Shown: positions 14,301 to 25,800 of the stretch, one piece after another
Numbering within the stretch: position 1 is the stretch's first letter
Layout: each line of letters opens with the position of its first letter
Assembly (NCBI GenBank): GCA_003344405.1
Contig: NOWV01000148.1
Span: 124,001 to 188,000, forward strand
From: Trichoplax sp. H2
Lineage: Eukaryota
Direction of reading: 5' to 3'
DNA length: 64,000 nucleotides
The notes under the pieces: generated by a model
Seen by the model: the letters and a program-made list of their open reading frames with translations, nothing else
Told to the model about the DNA's origin: nothing
The model's database searches: none
Translations under genes and position numbers: made by a program

Positions 14301-15189
14301 TTTCGGCTCCACTTGCCATCAATACTTTGATATGGACAAAGCGTGATGGGTATCGCTGATTAGGACGTTATTGACAACTTTGACTATTTGTACTGGTAGA
14401 ATAATGATACAACTGCTTGACATCTTTTACAGGATAAAGGAAGGCTATATCGTGCAGATACAAACTCTCTGCTCCACTTGCTATCAATACTTTGAAGTAG
14501 ACGAGAAATGATGGGTATTGCTGATTAGGACACGTTATTGACAATTTTGACTACTTGTACTCGAAGAATGGCGTTACAGTCATGATACAAGTACTTGACA
14601 TCTTTAACTGGATAAATCAAAGCTATATCGTCATGCTACAAGCTCTCTGCTCCACTTACTATCAATACTTTGATATGGACGAGAAATGATGGGTATTGCT
14701 GATTAGGACCCGTTATTGACAATTTTGACTACTTGTACTCATAGAATGGCATTACAGTCATGATGCAAGTGCTTGCCATCTTTTACTGGATAAACGAAAC
14801 CTATATCGTCCTGCTACAAACTCTCTGCTCCACTTGCTATCGATACTTTGATATAGACGAAGCATGATAGGTATCGCTGATTAGGACATTATTGACAACT
14901 TTGACTATTTGTACTCGTAGAATGGCATGACAGTCATGATACAAGTGCTTGATATCTTTTACTGGATAAATGGATGTTATATCGTAATGATTGATTGTAA
15001 AGGTAGGTGATAGAAGAAAGCAATCCAAACTATTTCCTCCACTTGCAACTTACTATCAATACTTTTATATGGACGTGGAATCTTGGATCGGCTGGTGACT
15101 TTGTACTTCCTCTTATAATATCGATCGTGCACTTGAATTTTGGTCAGGACTTCATAAGCCATATCTTCACCACTTGCCAGTTCGTCCAT
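11341..15189 (-). CDS. ANKRD54: Ankyrin repeat protein ANKRD54-like; 8 exons (exon 1 15189-15054, last exon 11409-11341)
   Basis: Spliced protein ERRLIRAATEGN...DDKRRTALHVAA...GADVHQRDCNGNTPLHLAACSSNIEVLTTLMGAGTSV...TPLHLALSHLRIL...EVVKLLKHYL...DIDDL...EVSHVNQLLADFASLSI matches the ANKRD54 layout. The exon 1 phase-1 donor GATA|gtaagt fits the acceptor tgacag|TG at ~13079. Confidence 0.88.
13270..15095. repeat. Tandem array of ~10 units (157-200 bp) filling ANKRD54 intron 1 and overlapping the end of exon 1
   Basis: The anchor attgacaa(t/c)tttgacta occurs at 13311, 13511, 13710, 13877, 14037, 14194, 14370, 14537, 14715 and 14891. Confidence 0.95.
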
Positions 15190-16265
15190 TCTCTATTATT
15201 TCAACTCCTCTAATTCCAATTCACTTTTCACACCAATAGCATCTACTCCGATAAGTGTTGAACCCTTCAAGATCTTTTCTCCTTGGCTGTAGACGATTAA
15301 TCTCCAATCTACTGTAGACTGCCTAAGTGCATCTGCAACAATATCAATCGTTTAAATACAATATTATAATTGCCGTTGAAAACTCATGGCTATAACTGTT
15401 GTAATAAGCCGATTTTCATCTCTCAATTAGCCCTTGCAGACACGATGACAATTAAGGAAATCAACTTGCAATTTTCTACTCCACATCAAGTCCAAAAAAT
15501 GCCTAAAATACCCCCAAAAGTCGCGACCACTGTCTAGGTCTAGGCGAGCACTGTCGCCATTTCCAGCGTTGCTAGGATAGTTGAAAGGATTGTTGCAGCC
15601 TAGTAGGCTATTTTTGATGACCCGTTCATGAGTGAGCATCGCATACTAATCCTAGTTGATTTATGATCGGCGGTCGTCGATGGTGGAATTTGTCCTTCGT
15701 AGGCAATGGAGCTTTAGCTTGGGCAAGGTTGTGTATAACTAATGTCGCAGATTGCGGCATAATAGCCAGTGTAAGATTTAGAATAGACATGGTTGTATAC
15801 GACATCTATTTTACTCGCTATTTTGCGAGCATAATCCTACATGAATTGCAATAAACTTATCATTCCTAATCATTCCAATCCATCAATATGAATGATACAG
15901 TAGGCTATTTAGGATTGATTGCAGCCATTGCAATCTTTCTAGCGGTTATACCATCATCATGCGGATTTTAAAGCTTTGCGGTCTGCATGCATGAAGACTG
16001 TGAGCTATCTAAGTACACTACTGACCACCACCCAGTGTTTCGACCACTATACTGTAGCATGGCCTAAACGACAACAGTTTGCAGGAAGCAGGATAACCTT
16101 AAGGTCAACTACCCAATCATGACTACTGCCCCTGGTAGATGGCAAGGGATAGAGGTTGGATTGCCATTTCAATATAGCGTTTCAGCATCGCTGAAATCAT
16201 TTGCAAATTTGCAAGCCTTCTCCCAACTTTTAACTTATTATTGGCAGCCATTGCATCGATGAAAG
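15190..16265. promoter_or_regulatory. Putative bidirectional promoter/5' UTR region between ANKRD54 (-) and GGT (+)
   Basis: The two start codons point away from each other ~1.08 kb apart. The region looks more GC/CpG-rich than flanking introns by eye. Confidence 0.45.
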
Positions 16266-19200
16266 ATGGAGTTTCATTCTCGACGTTCTCCAGTTATCTG
16301 TCGCCATGGATGTGTAGCAAGTAGTCAACCCCTTGCGAGTCAAGTAGGCTTGGAGATTCTACGCCAAGGTGGTAATGCTGCTGATGCTGCAGTTGGTGTG
16401 GCCGCGGCACTCAATGTCACCGAGCCTTGCAGTACTGGCATCGGAGGGGATTGCTTTTGCTTGTTTTATCATGCAGGCAAAAAGCAAGTGCTTGGATTAA
16501 ATGCCAGGTTAGGCTAATATTATTACATTGAGAGTACTGTAGAGAGAGAGTAGAACGTCTTGCAAGAAGACGTTCGATTTCGACTGCTATCCTTAAACCA
16601 TACGATGATTTATCTCTTCATCCAATGTCGTCTTGTGTTTTTTGCTGGTTGGATGACAAAGTATTTTTGCTTTTTGGATGATAATGATGCTAGCATAGAA
16701 TAGGAGTATAGTATATTTGCTAAGATGGTGCCACCTCCCTCTATAATGTCGTGTTGTATTTTTACTTGTTTGATGATAACGATCCTAGCATGGAAGAGGA
16801 GTAGTGTGAGATTGCTAGGATAGTGTCTAACATTCTTGCATTCAGCAAGGATAGCGCAACGTCTTAAGAAAGTGTCATCATTCTTACTCTACTCTTCTAC
16901 CACTAGACTTATTCAATAGGATGATCCACCTCCCTCTACAATGTCGTGTTGTATTTTTACTTGTTTGATGATAACGATCCTAGCATGGAAGAGGAGTAGT
17001 GTGCGATTGCTAGGATGGTGTCTAATATTCTTGCATTCAGCAAGGATAGTGTAACGTCTAGAGAAAGTGTCATCATTCTTACTCTACTCTTCTGCAACTA
17101 GACTTATTCAATAGGATGATCCATATCTCTCTACAATGTCGTGTTGTATTTTGGCTTGTTTGATGATGACGATGCTAGCATGGAATAGGAGTATAGTATT
17201 TTTGCTTGCTTGAAGCTAACGATGCTAGCATGGAATAGAAGTAGTGTGCGATTGCTAGGATGGTGTCTAACGTTCTTACATTCAGCAAGGATAGCGTAAC
17301 GTCTAGAGAAGGTGTCATCATTCTTACTCTACTCTTCTACAACTAGACTTACTCAATAGGATGATCCATATATCTCTACAATGTCGTGTTGTATTTTGGT
17401 TTGTTTGATGATGACGATGCTAGCATGGAATAGGAATAGCGTGCGACTGTTAAGATGCTATCCTAGATCAGGCTAACAATCTTGCATTCAGAATGGATAG
17501 CGTAACTTCTTGAGAAAGTATCATCATACTTACTCTACTCTTCTACATCTAGACCTATTCAGTAAGATAATCCATATCTCTCTACAATGTCGCATCGTAT
17601 TTTTGCTTGTTTAATGATAATGATGCTAGAATGGAACAGGAATAGCGTGCAAATGCTAAGATGGTGTCCTAGGTCGGGCTAACATTCTTGCATTCAGTAA
17701 AGATAGCATAACATCTTGAGAAAGTATCATCATTCTCACTCAACTCTTCTACACCTAGACCTATTCAATAAGATGATCCATAGCTCTCTACAATGTCGTG
17801 TTGTGTTTTAGCTTGTTTGATGATAATGACATTATAGTGGAATACAAGTAGCGTTCAATTGCTAAGATAGTGTCCTAGGCTTCCGTGTCTTAATTAAGTT
17901 AAGCCAACATCCTTGCATTCCGCTAGGGGAGCGGGATCAACATGGATCTGGAAGTTCTAGAGTCAAAAATAACTTAATATTGTAGGAGTCGGACATCCAT
18001 GCTGATCCGGATGATCCATCTCTCCATAGAATGTGTTTTGGCTTGTTTGATGATGTTGATTGACATTATAATGGAATAGGAGTAGCTTACGATTGCTAAG
18101 ATAGTGTCCTAGGTCTCCAAACAGTTAATATCCTGTACAGTACTGTAATAGTGCCATTTTAACTTTCAAAACCAATTACGACAGTATCTATAATTTATTT
18201 ATACGCCCCCCCCCATCTGCATAAGATTAATATACGAGTATTCGTATTTACTTTAGTGGTCGTTGTCCTGGTGGTCTAAACATCAATGTCTTGGCAGAAC
18301 AGGGCATTACCGACAAATTGCCATGGTTCAGTCCACATGCAATAACCGTTCCAGGCGCGGCTGCTGGATGGGTTGATACGGTAGAAAAATTTGGTAGCGG
18401 TAAGGTGAGTCAATGTGAAATGCTAATAGATCCATTAGACATCGAACACCCCTACCAGTAGCACAGTCAATAATGCTGAAATGACTGTTTACAATTCTTT
18501 AGACCACAATAGTATGTATATATAAATATAGTTATACTCTAAACTGCTGTACGTATTATGATAGAATGCAATTGATCATGATTATGGAATTGCAGCTCTA
18601 TGTTCAAAGATCCAAATCGATCGACACTCCACACACTGTACCAGACCAATCCACATGATTTCAAAGATGCTCACGACCTTCCTCGAACATGCTCATCCAT
18701 TTAGACTATGGAGGTCTACATCTTAGTTGAATAGTGATATTGTAACAAAATCAGTCCATCTTCATCGACATCTGGATTCAACAACTTACCTTACATAATG
18801 TTCTGAGTACAGTCACGACAATTGAATCGATAGTGATGCTATTCTTATGTGCTATTTATTTTTGAACTATAATTGCTATTAATATTTTGTACTACAATAT
18901 ATATACAATGGCTATGGTAATGAAAAATAAAATTGTTTGATTTATAGCTGGATTTGGGACAAATTTTACAGCCAGCTATCGAATTAGCAGAATATGGTTT
19001 TCCTGTTCATCCGGTCGCAGCGCATCATTGGCAGGTTGGAGCACCCTTATTGACTAATCCAAAAAATCGTTTTGGTTACGAAATGCTTTTGAACGGTAAA
19101 CCACCTAAGGCTGGCGAAATTATGAAAATGCCAAATCTTGCACGGACTTTTAGGGTTGGTTATGCTATGATAAGCAATAGTATTCATATCTATCATGCGA

Positions 19201-21921
19201 ATTTGTTTATGTGAATAGCAGTACTGTGACATCAAAGTTGGGTTTTGATCAATGAACGTTGCTGTAGGAGATCATTTCTTGCAGAATGGTAGTATTATAT
19301 ATGTCCATCAAAATATTTTAATCCTACAACTATATATGGAATAATGTACCAAATAACTTCTGATCGGTACATCTACAGTATAGGAAATCATTTGACACCT
19401 TATTAATTAATTAATAAGTTGATAAGTTTTGCCCCTAATACAAAATTAATATCAATCATATAGCCGCATATGGAATTCTGTTCACGGTACGGTATAAAGT
19501 TACTGAACCTCTCTTAAGTGAGCACATTATCGTAAACCGTCAGTAAAGCGACGGGAGCTTGCACTAATATATATATATATATATATATATATTATACAGT
19601 ATGAATGAGTGGGTAAGAGTGTTCCACATAGCTAAAAATGGAGAGTTACTGTAAGATTAGAGAAATGCGGTACGTATATCAGTATATGTCATACACTCTA
19701 CTACTACACAGTACACGGTATAAAGTTACTGAACCTCTGACAGGTCTACGACAAATGGTAATACTATCTGTTAAATGAGCACATTATCGTAAACCGTCAG
19801 CAAAGCGACGGGAGTTTGCACTAGTAATTCATGATTAGTGAAGCGTAGGAATTATTTAACTTCTTTTAGCAAGTTTTCTCTATCATAACATTTCAATCCT
19901 ACAAATGAAATATTGTTCAAGTTGATGCTTGATCAGTTTCTTGTTGGTAATTATTTGACTCTTTTATAGTCATTCAGTAAGATTTATCCCTATCATAATA
20001 TTAATTTTAACCTTGTATAGATTCAGCTTTAAGATGACTCTTGATTTGTACAGCGTAAGAAATCATTAAACTTTTATAGTATATAATAGTAAGATTGATT
20101 TATATCATAATATGTTATTATTATGAGTAGAATAATACCCGAGGTAATTCTTAATCATCAAATAGTATATCTTTCAATACTTACAGTAAATTGAATAAGA
20201 TTTATCTCGATCATATCATTGTAATTGTGTCTACAATTGAAAATAATACTTCTACGAGGTAATTCTCGATCAGCTAAGCTTAGGAAATTATTCAACTCCT
20301 TATTGTTAAGCGTTCATCTCCGCTAATTTTATCAAACATTTTCTTAATTAATATTACTATTAAATAGGAGCTAGCCACGCAAGGGAAAAATGGTTTTTAT
20401 AGCGGACGGATAGCTAATGCGATTGTTGACATTGTAAAAGAACACGGCGGTTTAATGACCCTCGACGACCTATCTAGTCATTATAATACTTTCGATGACC
20501 CCATATGTGTCAATTATAAAGGAATTAATGTATGGGAAATCCCGCCTAATGGTCAAGGCATTACTGCTTTGCTAGCGCTTAACTTGCTAAAAGGATACGA
20601 TTGGAATGGTATGCAATTTTAACTTCCAGTGTCTCAAAATAACGTCAATCTTGTTATATAATATCGATAAATATTATCATCCTTACATTTCCATATTTCA
20701 CCTTTGACTAGGTATCGAGCATAACAGTACTCAGTACTTACATACTTTAATCGAAGCAATGCGCATAAGTTTCGCTGACTCGTCGTGGTATGTCGCTGAT
20801 CCAGAACAAGTCAATATACCTATTAAGGAATTATTGTCCAATCGCTATGCTAATGAACGACGACAGCTAATAAAATCTGATCGGTTAGCAATCATTCAAT
20901 TAGGTGTAATAATAGCGTTATCGTAATGAAATTTTGTCGAGATAGGAGTAAAGTAAAATCGGTTTAAATTGCGTAACCTGAAGATGAAACAAACTTGGCT
21001 TATTATTTCTACTACTAAAAGCGAGGCTGTAAGTCTGTAACTAATACTGGATCATCGTTACATAAATTCTAGGGCTACAGTATCAGTTGAAAAAGGGAAA
21101 CCATTCAATTGTAGTGATACAGTTTATTTTGCAACAGCTGACAACGAAGGCAACGCATGTTCATTTATTAATAGCAATTACATGGGTTTTGGAACTGGCA
21201 TCATCCCGGAAGGTTGCGGCTTTACATTACAGGTTAGAAATTGGATATATTCCTTTTGATATTTCAACTCCATTGATGGAGTATTCATTTTCATTTAATA
21301 CTGATATTATTGGAATAATTCACTGTTGATGTCCTGTACAGAACCGTGGATCAAATTTTTCTTTAGAAAAAGATCACCCGAACATTTTAGCACCTCGGAA
21401 AAGACCTTATCACACAATCATTCCCGGAATGGCGACATGTGCATCTTCTGGTGATCTTTACGCTAGCTTTGGCGTGATGGGTGGCTTCATGCAGCCGCAA
21501 GGACACGTGCAGGTAGACAACGCTATATACCGCTTGTATCTGTATCATACATCTTTTTGACAGGATTGGGTTTTGGCAAAATTACATATATTTGCTCTTG
21601 TTCGCTACGAAATCTTAGGTAATGTTGAACATGATTGACTTCGATATGAACCCTCAACAGGCCTTGGATGCCGCAAGATTTTGCGTTGGAAGTGGGCATA
21701 AAGGAAGCGCCGGTGGAGTTAATTTAGAAAAAGGTTTACCGTGTGATACCCGTGATAATTTAGCGGATATGGGTCATGATGTAAGTGATCTAATCGAAGG
21801 GCATGGACGAGCGCTATTTGGCCGAGGACAAATCATCTTAAGGAAAGAGGATAGTAACGGTTGTCGCACCTGGTGGGCAGGCTCCGATCCAAGAGCGGAT
21901 GGATTAGCCATTGGCTATTAG
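16266..21921 (+). CDS. Gamma-glutamyltranspeptidase / glutathione hydrolase, YwrD-like; 8 exons (16266-16507, 18257-18404, 18948-19154, 20368-20608, 20712-20883, 21073-21232, 21342-21512, 21619-21921)
   Basis: Motifs [40 protein letters not shown], the autocleavage site SD|TVYF (catalytic Thr), [32 protein letters not shown] and GSDPRADG. Confidence 0.96.
16455..18115. repeat. Tandem array of ~8 units (~195-245 bp, one 121 bp) filling GGT intron 1 and overlapping the end of exon 1
   Basis: The anchor aatgtcgtgttgtatttt occurs at ~16624, 16745, 16940, 17135, 17380, 17586 and 17792, with a degenerate copy at 18031. Confidence 0.95.
19322..19824 (+). mobile_element. Non-autonomous Helitron-like element with duplicated 3' terminus, in GGT intron 3
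   Basis: The hairpin CCGTC(A)GC-AAA-GCGACGG at 19794-19811 is followed 9 nt later by CTAG|T (19821-19825). A second copy at 19537-19554 ends CTAA|T. Candidate A|TC 5' ends are at 19322 or 19372. Confidence 0.55.
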
Positions 21922-22861
21922 TACCTTCCTGATTAAACTCTTAGTTTAATTTATTTATAAAGGGAATCACTTGTATGATTTTAGGATCTAGCAACCCTAG
22001 AATATCCAATTAATCAACTCTTACATGCATTACACGAGTACTTTCTTCATTCTTAAATGAATATTACGTTTTTTTAATTTTATTTTTATAACTTATACAA
22101 TTTTAAGAATTACACTACCAGTTATCCTTCGTTTGAATATTATTTTAAAAAATAATAAAATTGCTAAAACTTGTTTTATCGCCGATAATGCGTGATTGAA
22201 GTTTTTCTTAGTATATTTTGATCAATTGATCTTAATTATAGCACGAACTTGAACTCTTTCATTGTTAATGCATGAACTATAAATTATTTCATTCACTTAG
22301 TATTACTACCTTAAATTGCTGCTAAAACCTGGGCTTAGTCAACCTTATCTCCATTCCATAGAAGCTTATATTTAAGTGCAATAAACATGTTGTAACAAGT
22401 GTAATTTATGCCAGAATTAACCTGACATAACAAAATTTTATCTTATTAGCCCAAGTTAGGTTTTTAACCAATAGCTGATCTACATGACCATGAAAGATAC
22501 AGCATATTTAAGAGTTTACGCAAGCTTACGAATATTACAATCATAAATGATTTACGCTGCTCTTAAATAATCATAGATGTCAGTATTGGTGATATGACAT
22601 AGTTGAACGCCATTAGTGCATAGACCGCAGAGTAATTTAAAAGAATTAAAATTTTTCTCTGTATGATAAATGTATCATTAATATGTAATTACCAAATCAC
22701 TTTTTATACGAGTATATAGGTCATAAGCAGAAAAATAATGTTACACATGATTTACATCCACAAAGTGTACAGTCTATCGTATCATTGACAACCTTTATGG
22801 CTTACGATAATAACACTATAGTAGAAAGATAAAATGGAGAAATATAACGTAATAAGTTGTT

Positions 22862-25800
22862 TTATAGGCATGAAAACGGTATGTTTTGAGGCATTTTGGA
22901 TAGCGTTAGAGTAAGATTGCTTCCACCCCGTCGGATAATAGCTAGTGCACTATGGACAAAAACAGAGACATTAATTTTACTCTAAAGTTCTATATACGAA
23001 TATAAGTTTTACTAGATAGTAAATAATTAGCTAGTTCGAAAAAGACCATGATGTATGCTCAATCTTATCTCTTAGGGTAAAATAAATTATTATATGAATA
23101 GGTAGTTTTCTTACAGAAGTAAATTACCTCGAATACTCGACGCCAGATAAACTGATGCCGTTAACAGCTATGATTTTATCACCGGAGCTTATACGATTAC
23201 CCTATTTAACAAATGGCATGTCAAATATTTCAATTTTACTCCCACATATACGACTCTAAATTTTAAATTATAGTAACATAGTAGCATATGATTTTATTAC
23301 TCTAAGAGTGATTCTAGGCAGTAGTGACTCTACTACATTCTCCCTGGTAGTAACAAAATCTTTCCAAATAGGTATCTGAAACTTTACCTACCGATGATGC
23401 AATTCCCTCTGGTTTAACCTCTGCAACAAAGACTCCCTCTTTACGAAATACGGATTTCTAATTATAAAATTAGATAAATGTAAAGTCTTATTGAACTACG
23501 TAAAATTATAGTCTATTAATTCATTTACTAGAAATAAGCAATTAGAATTATAGATTACTTACAGTCCCGTCTACAAGTCCTAAACCTAAATCACCATGCC
23601 TTTTGTGTAATATCACAGTAGTCACTTCACGATCCTCAATTAATTGATCTCGGACAATTAAATCGTGCTTGGACTGTGCTGACGAAATATCGTTTATTTC
23701 GCAATCGACGAATATTTCTTTGTCATCGCGAATTGGACTTTCATCAATCTCGGCAAAAATAATATCATCTATATCCGTCGAATTGGCGAATAAAGACGTA
23801 CTGTCTGATTTTAGCCACTGTTGTATTCTATTACTATTAATCTTAGGAGTAGATCCATCGCTGTCTGTTAACTACTCAAAGAATAATCCGAATTATGCGT
23901 ATGTTACGAAAAGCTATTAAAGATATGCACATCAATATCACTGAACTGATTACTCAAGATAATATACCTTTTTACTTTTGGTGACTTCTGGACGAGAATA
24001 CTTTGACTTTATTTTTTCACATCTTTTATCATTACAGTCTTTAGACACTTTAGATCCACCAACGATCACATTGCTATTTTGCAGTACGGTACTCTTATTA
24101 GTCTAGGAAATGGTTATAAAAGAAATGGTTAACATCTTTAATACTTCTACTGCCGCTTCACTATCAGAATAAGACAATCAGCAGTAGCTGATCAGATTAT
24201 TTTTATAAACGTGTTTACCGTTTTTGGGAAATACCTGTTTAATCATATCGGCATTTCTACAATCTTTTCGTCCATCATAAGAAACTTGCTCCAGGAACAT
24301 TTCCGGATCATACTCGTAAGAAGAGCGACGAGAGTTTGTATGCGTCAAATTATCACACATTTTCATTAAAGCATCAGTGATAGAGCTGAAGAATCAAAAA
24401 ATAATGTTACGGCTGCGATATTTTTTATATAAGTTATTAGCTATCGCAGAAAATTCCAGTTTTCAAAGATATGGATATGAGAGAAAACGCAGAAATGCTG
24501 CTCATAAGATAAGTATCTCGCTATATCTAAAGTAGTTTCTGAAGTTAAAATAAATTATAAATGCTACATAAGAGGAATAGAGAGCACTTATGTGTTTAGT
24601 TATAACATAAGTGATGAAACAGAGAAGCTTATTTTATGTAATTCTTTTCTAGTCGTAATTTACCTTTTGCACTTAATTGAAATTTTTCTACTTATTTTTT
24701 TCTCAATCTGATCCATAAATTTACTTTGATCCATGGATGATCTTCTTTCTGTTTCAATGAAACATTGGATTATTTAGCCGACAATTTAAATAAAACCAGA
24801 TGGAATAAAGCTATTGCATAAACAAATACGAAAATTTTAGAAGTAAAGTAATTACAATAATTACCTCGAGAAGCATTATTTAGGATTTGGATATTTTGAT
24901 ACAGCATCCCTTCTGGGGGATCACCATCTAGATTAACGATATAATCTTTGGCCGGTAATGAAAAGAATTCATTTATTTGCCATGGTGCCACAAGTTGAAC
25001 TATACACAAAAAGATAATTTTCGTTACAGATGCTGAAGAAAGCAAACATAGGATATAAACAATTATAAGAAACTGAAATGCTACCTCACCTGTGCTTAAG
25101 ACTTCTTGTGAGACATGCTGAGGTGGTAGCCAAAGCATAGGAGGAATGACATAGGAATTAAATTGATGCTTACTCATGAACCAATGCAGCTGTGGTGCGG
25201 TGAGTTTGTTATAGGTAGATGATAACTTCTCCCATGAAGACTTTTTACAATAGCAAATAACAAAAAAATCCGTCAAAATGCATTCATAATATCGTCATCG
25301 CTTGCATTTAACATTAATTTGTGGATAGTAACGATTAAATCAAAGTTCTATTTACTTGGGTATTTATTTAAAAGCCAAACAATTATACTCGTACAGCGTA
25401 TTGGAATGAAAACTATTACCTGAAAGAGATGTTGTGGTATTGAGGCTAATAAATGGGCAACTTGAATTGCAGATCCCATTTTATCCGTTGCCAAGTAATT
25501 AAGATCGACTTGATTAGTCCAGTTTAAAATGTTATTCAAATTTTGTTGCAAGGATATACCGTGAGATTGATCATAATTGCCGCTAACACCATATTTTATA
25601 GTAATGTCTAAAATCTTATAATTGAGGAATTCTAAGATGTTGGATAAACAAGCATTTCTTGCTTCAGGGTGTAAATCGTAGAGAGTGGATAAGTCATAAA
25701 CTGCATTAAGGATTGTAGCAATGGAAGAGAAAGAGATATTTCGAAAAATATCAATAACATTTCCAGTCAGGGAATTTTTTTCTGACGAATAATTAGCAGA

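Noticed and set aside
13093-15028. ORFs within the ANKRD54 intron array
   Set aside because: They are chance frames in degenerate repeats, and indels between units do not preserve frame.
13270-18115. CRISPR-like interpretation of the arrays
   Set aside because: Whole units are homologous with no unique spacers, they lie in spliceosomal introns, and no cas genes are present.
16266-21921. Bacterial contamination or recent HGT of GGT
   Set aside because: The gene has seven canonical introns, host-like composition and animal gene neighbours.
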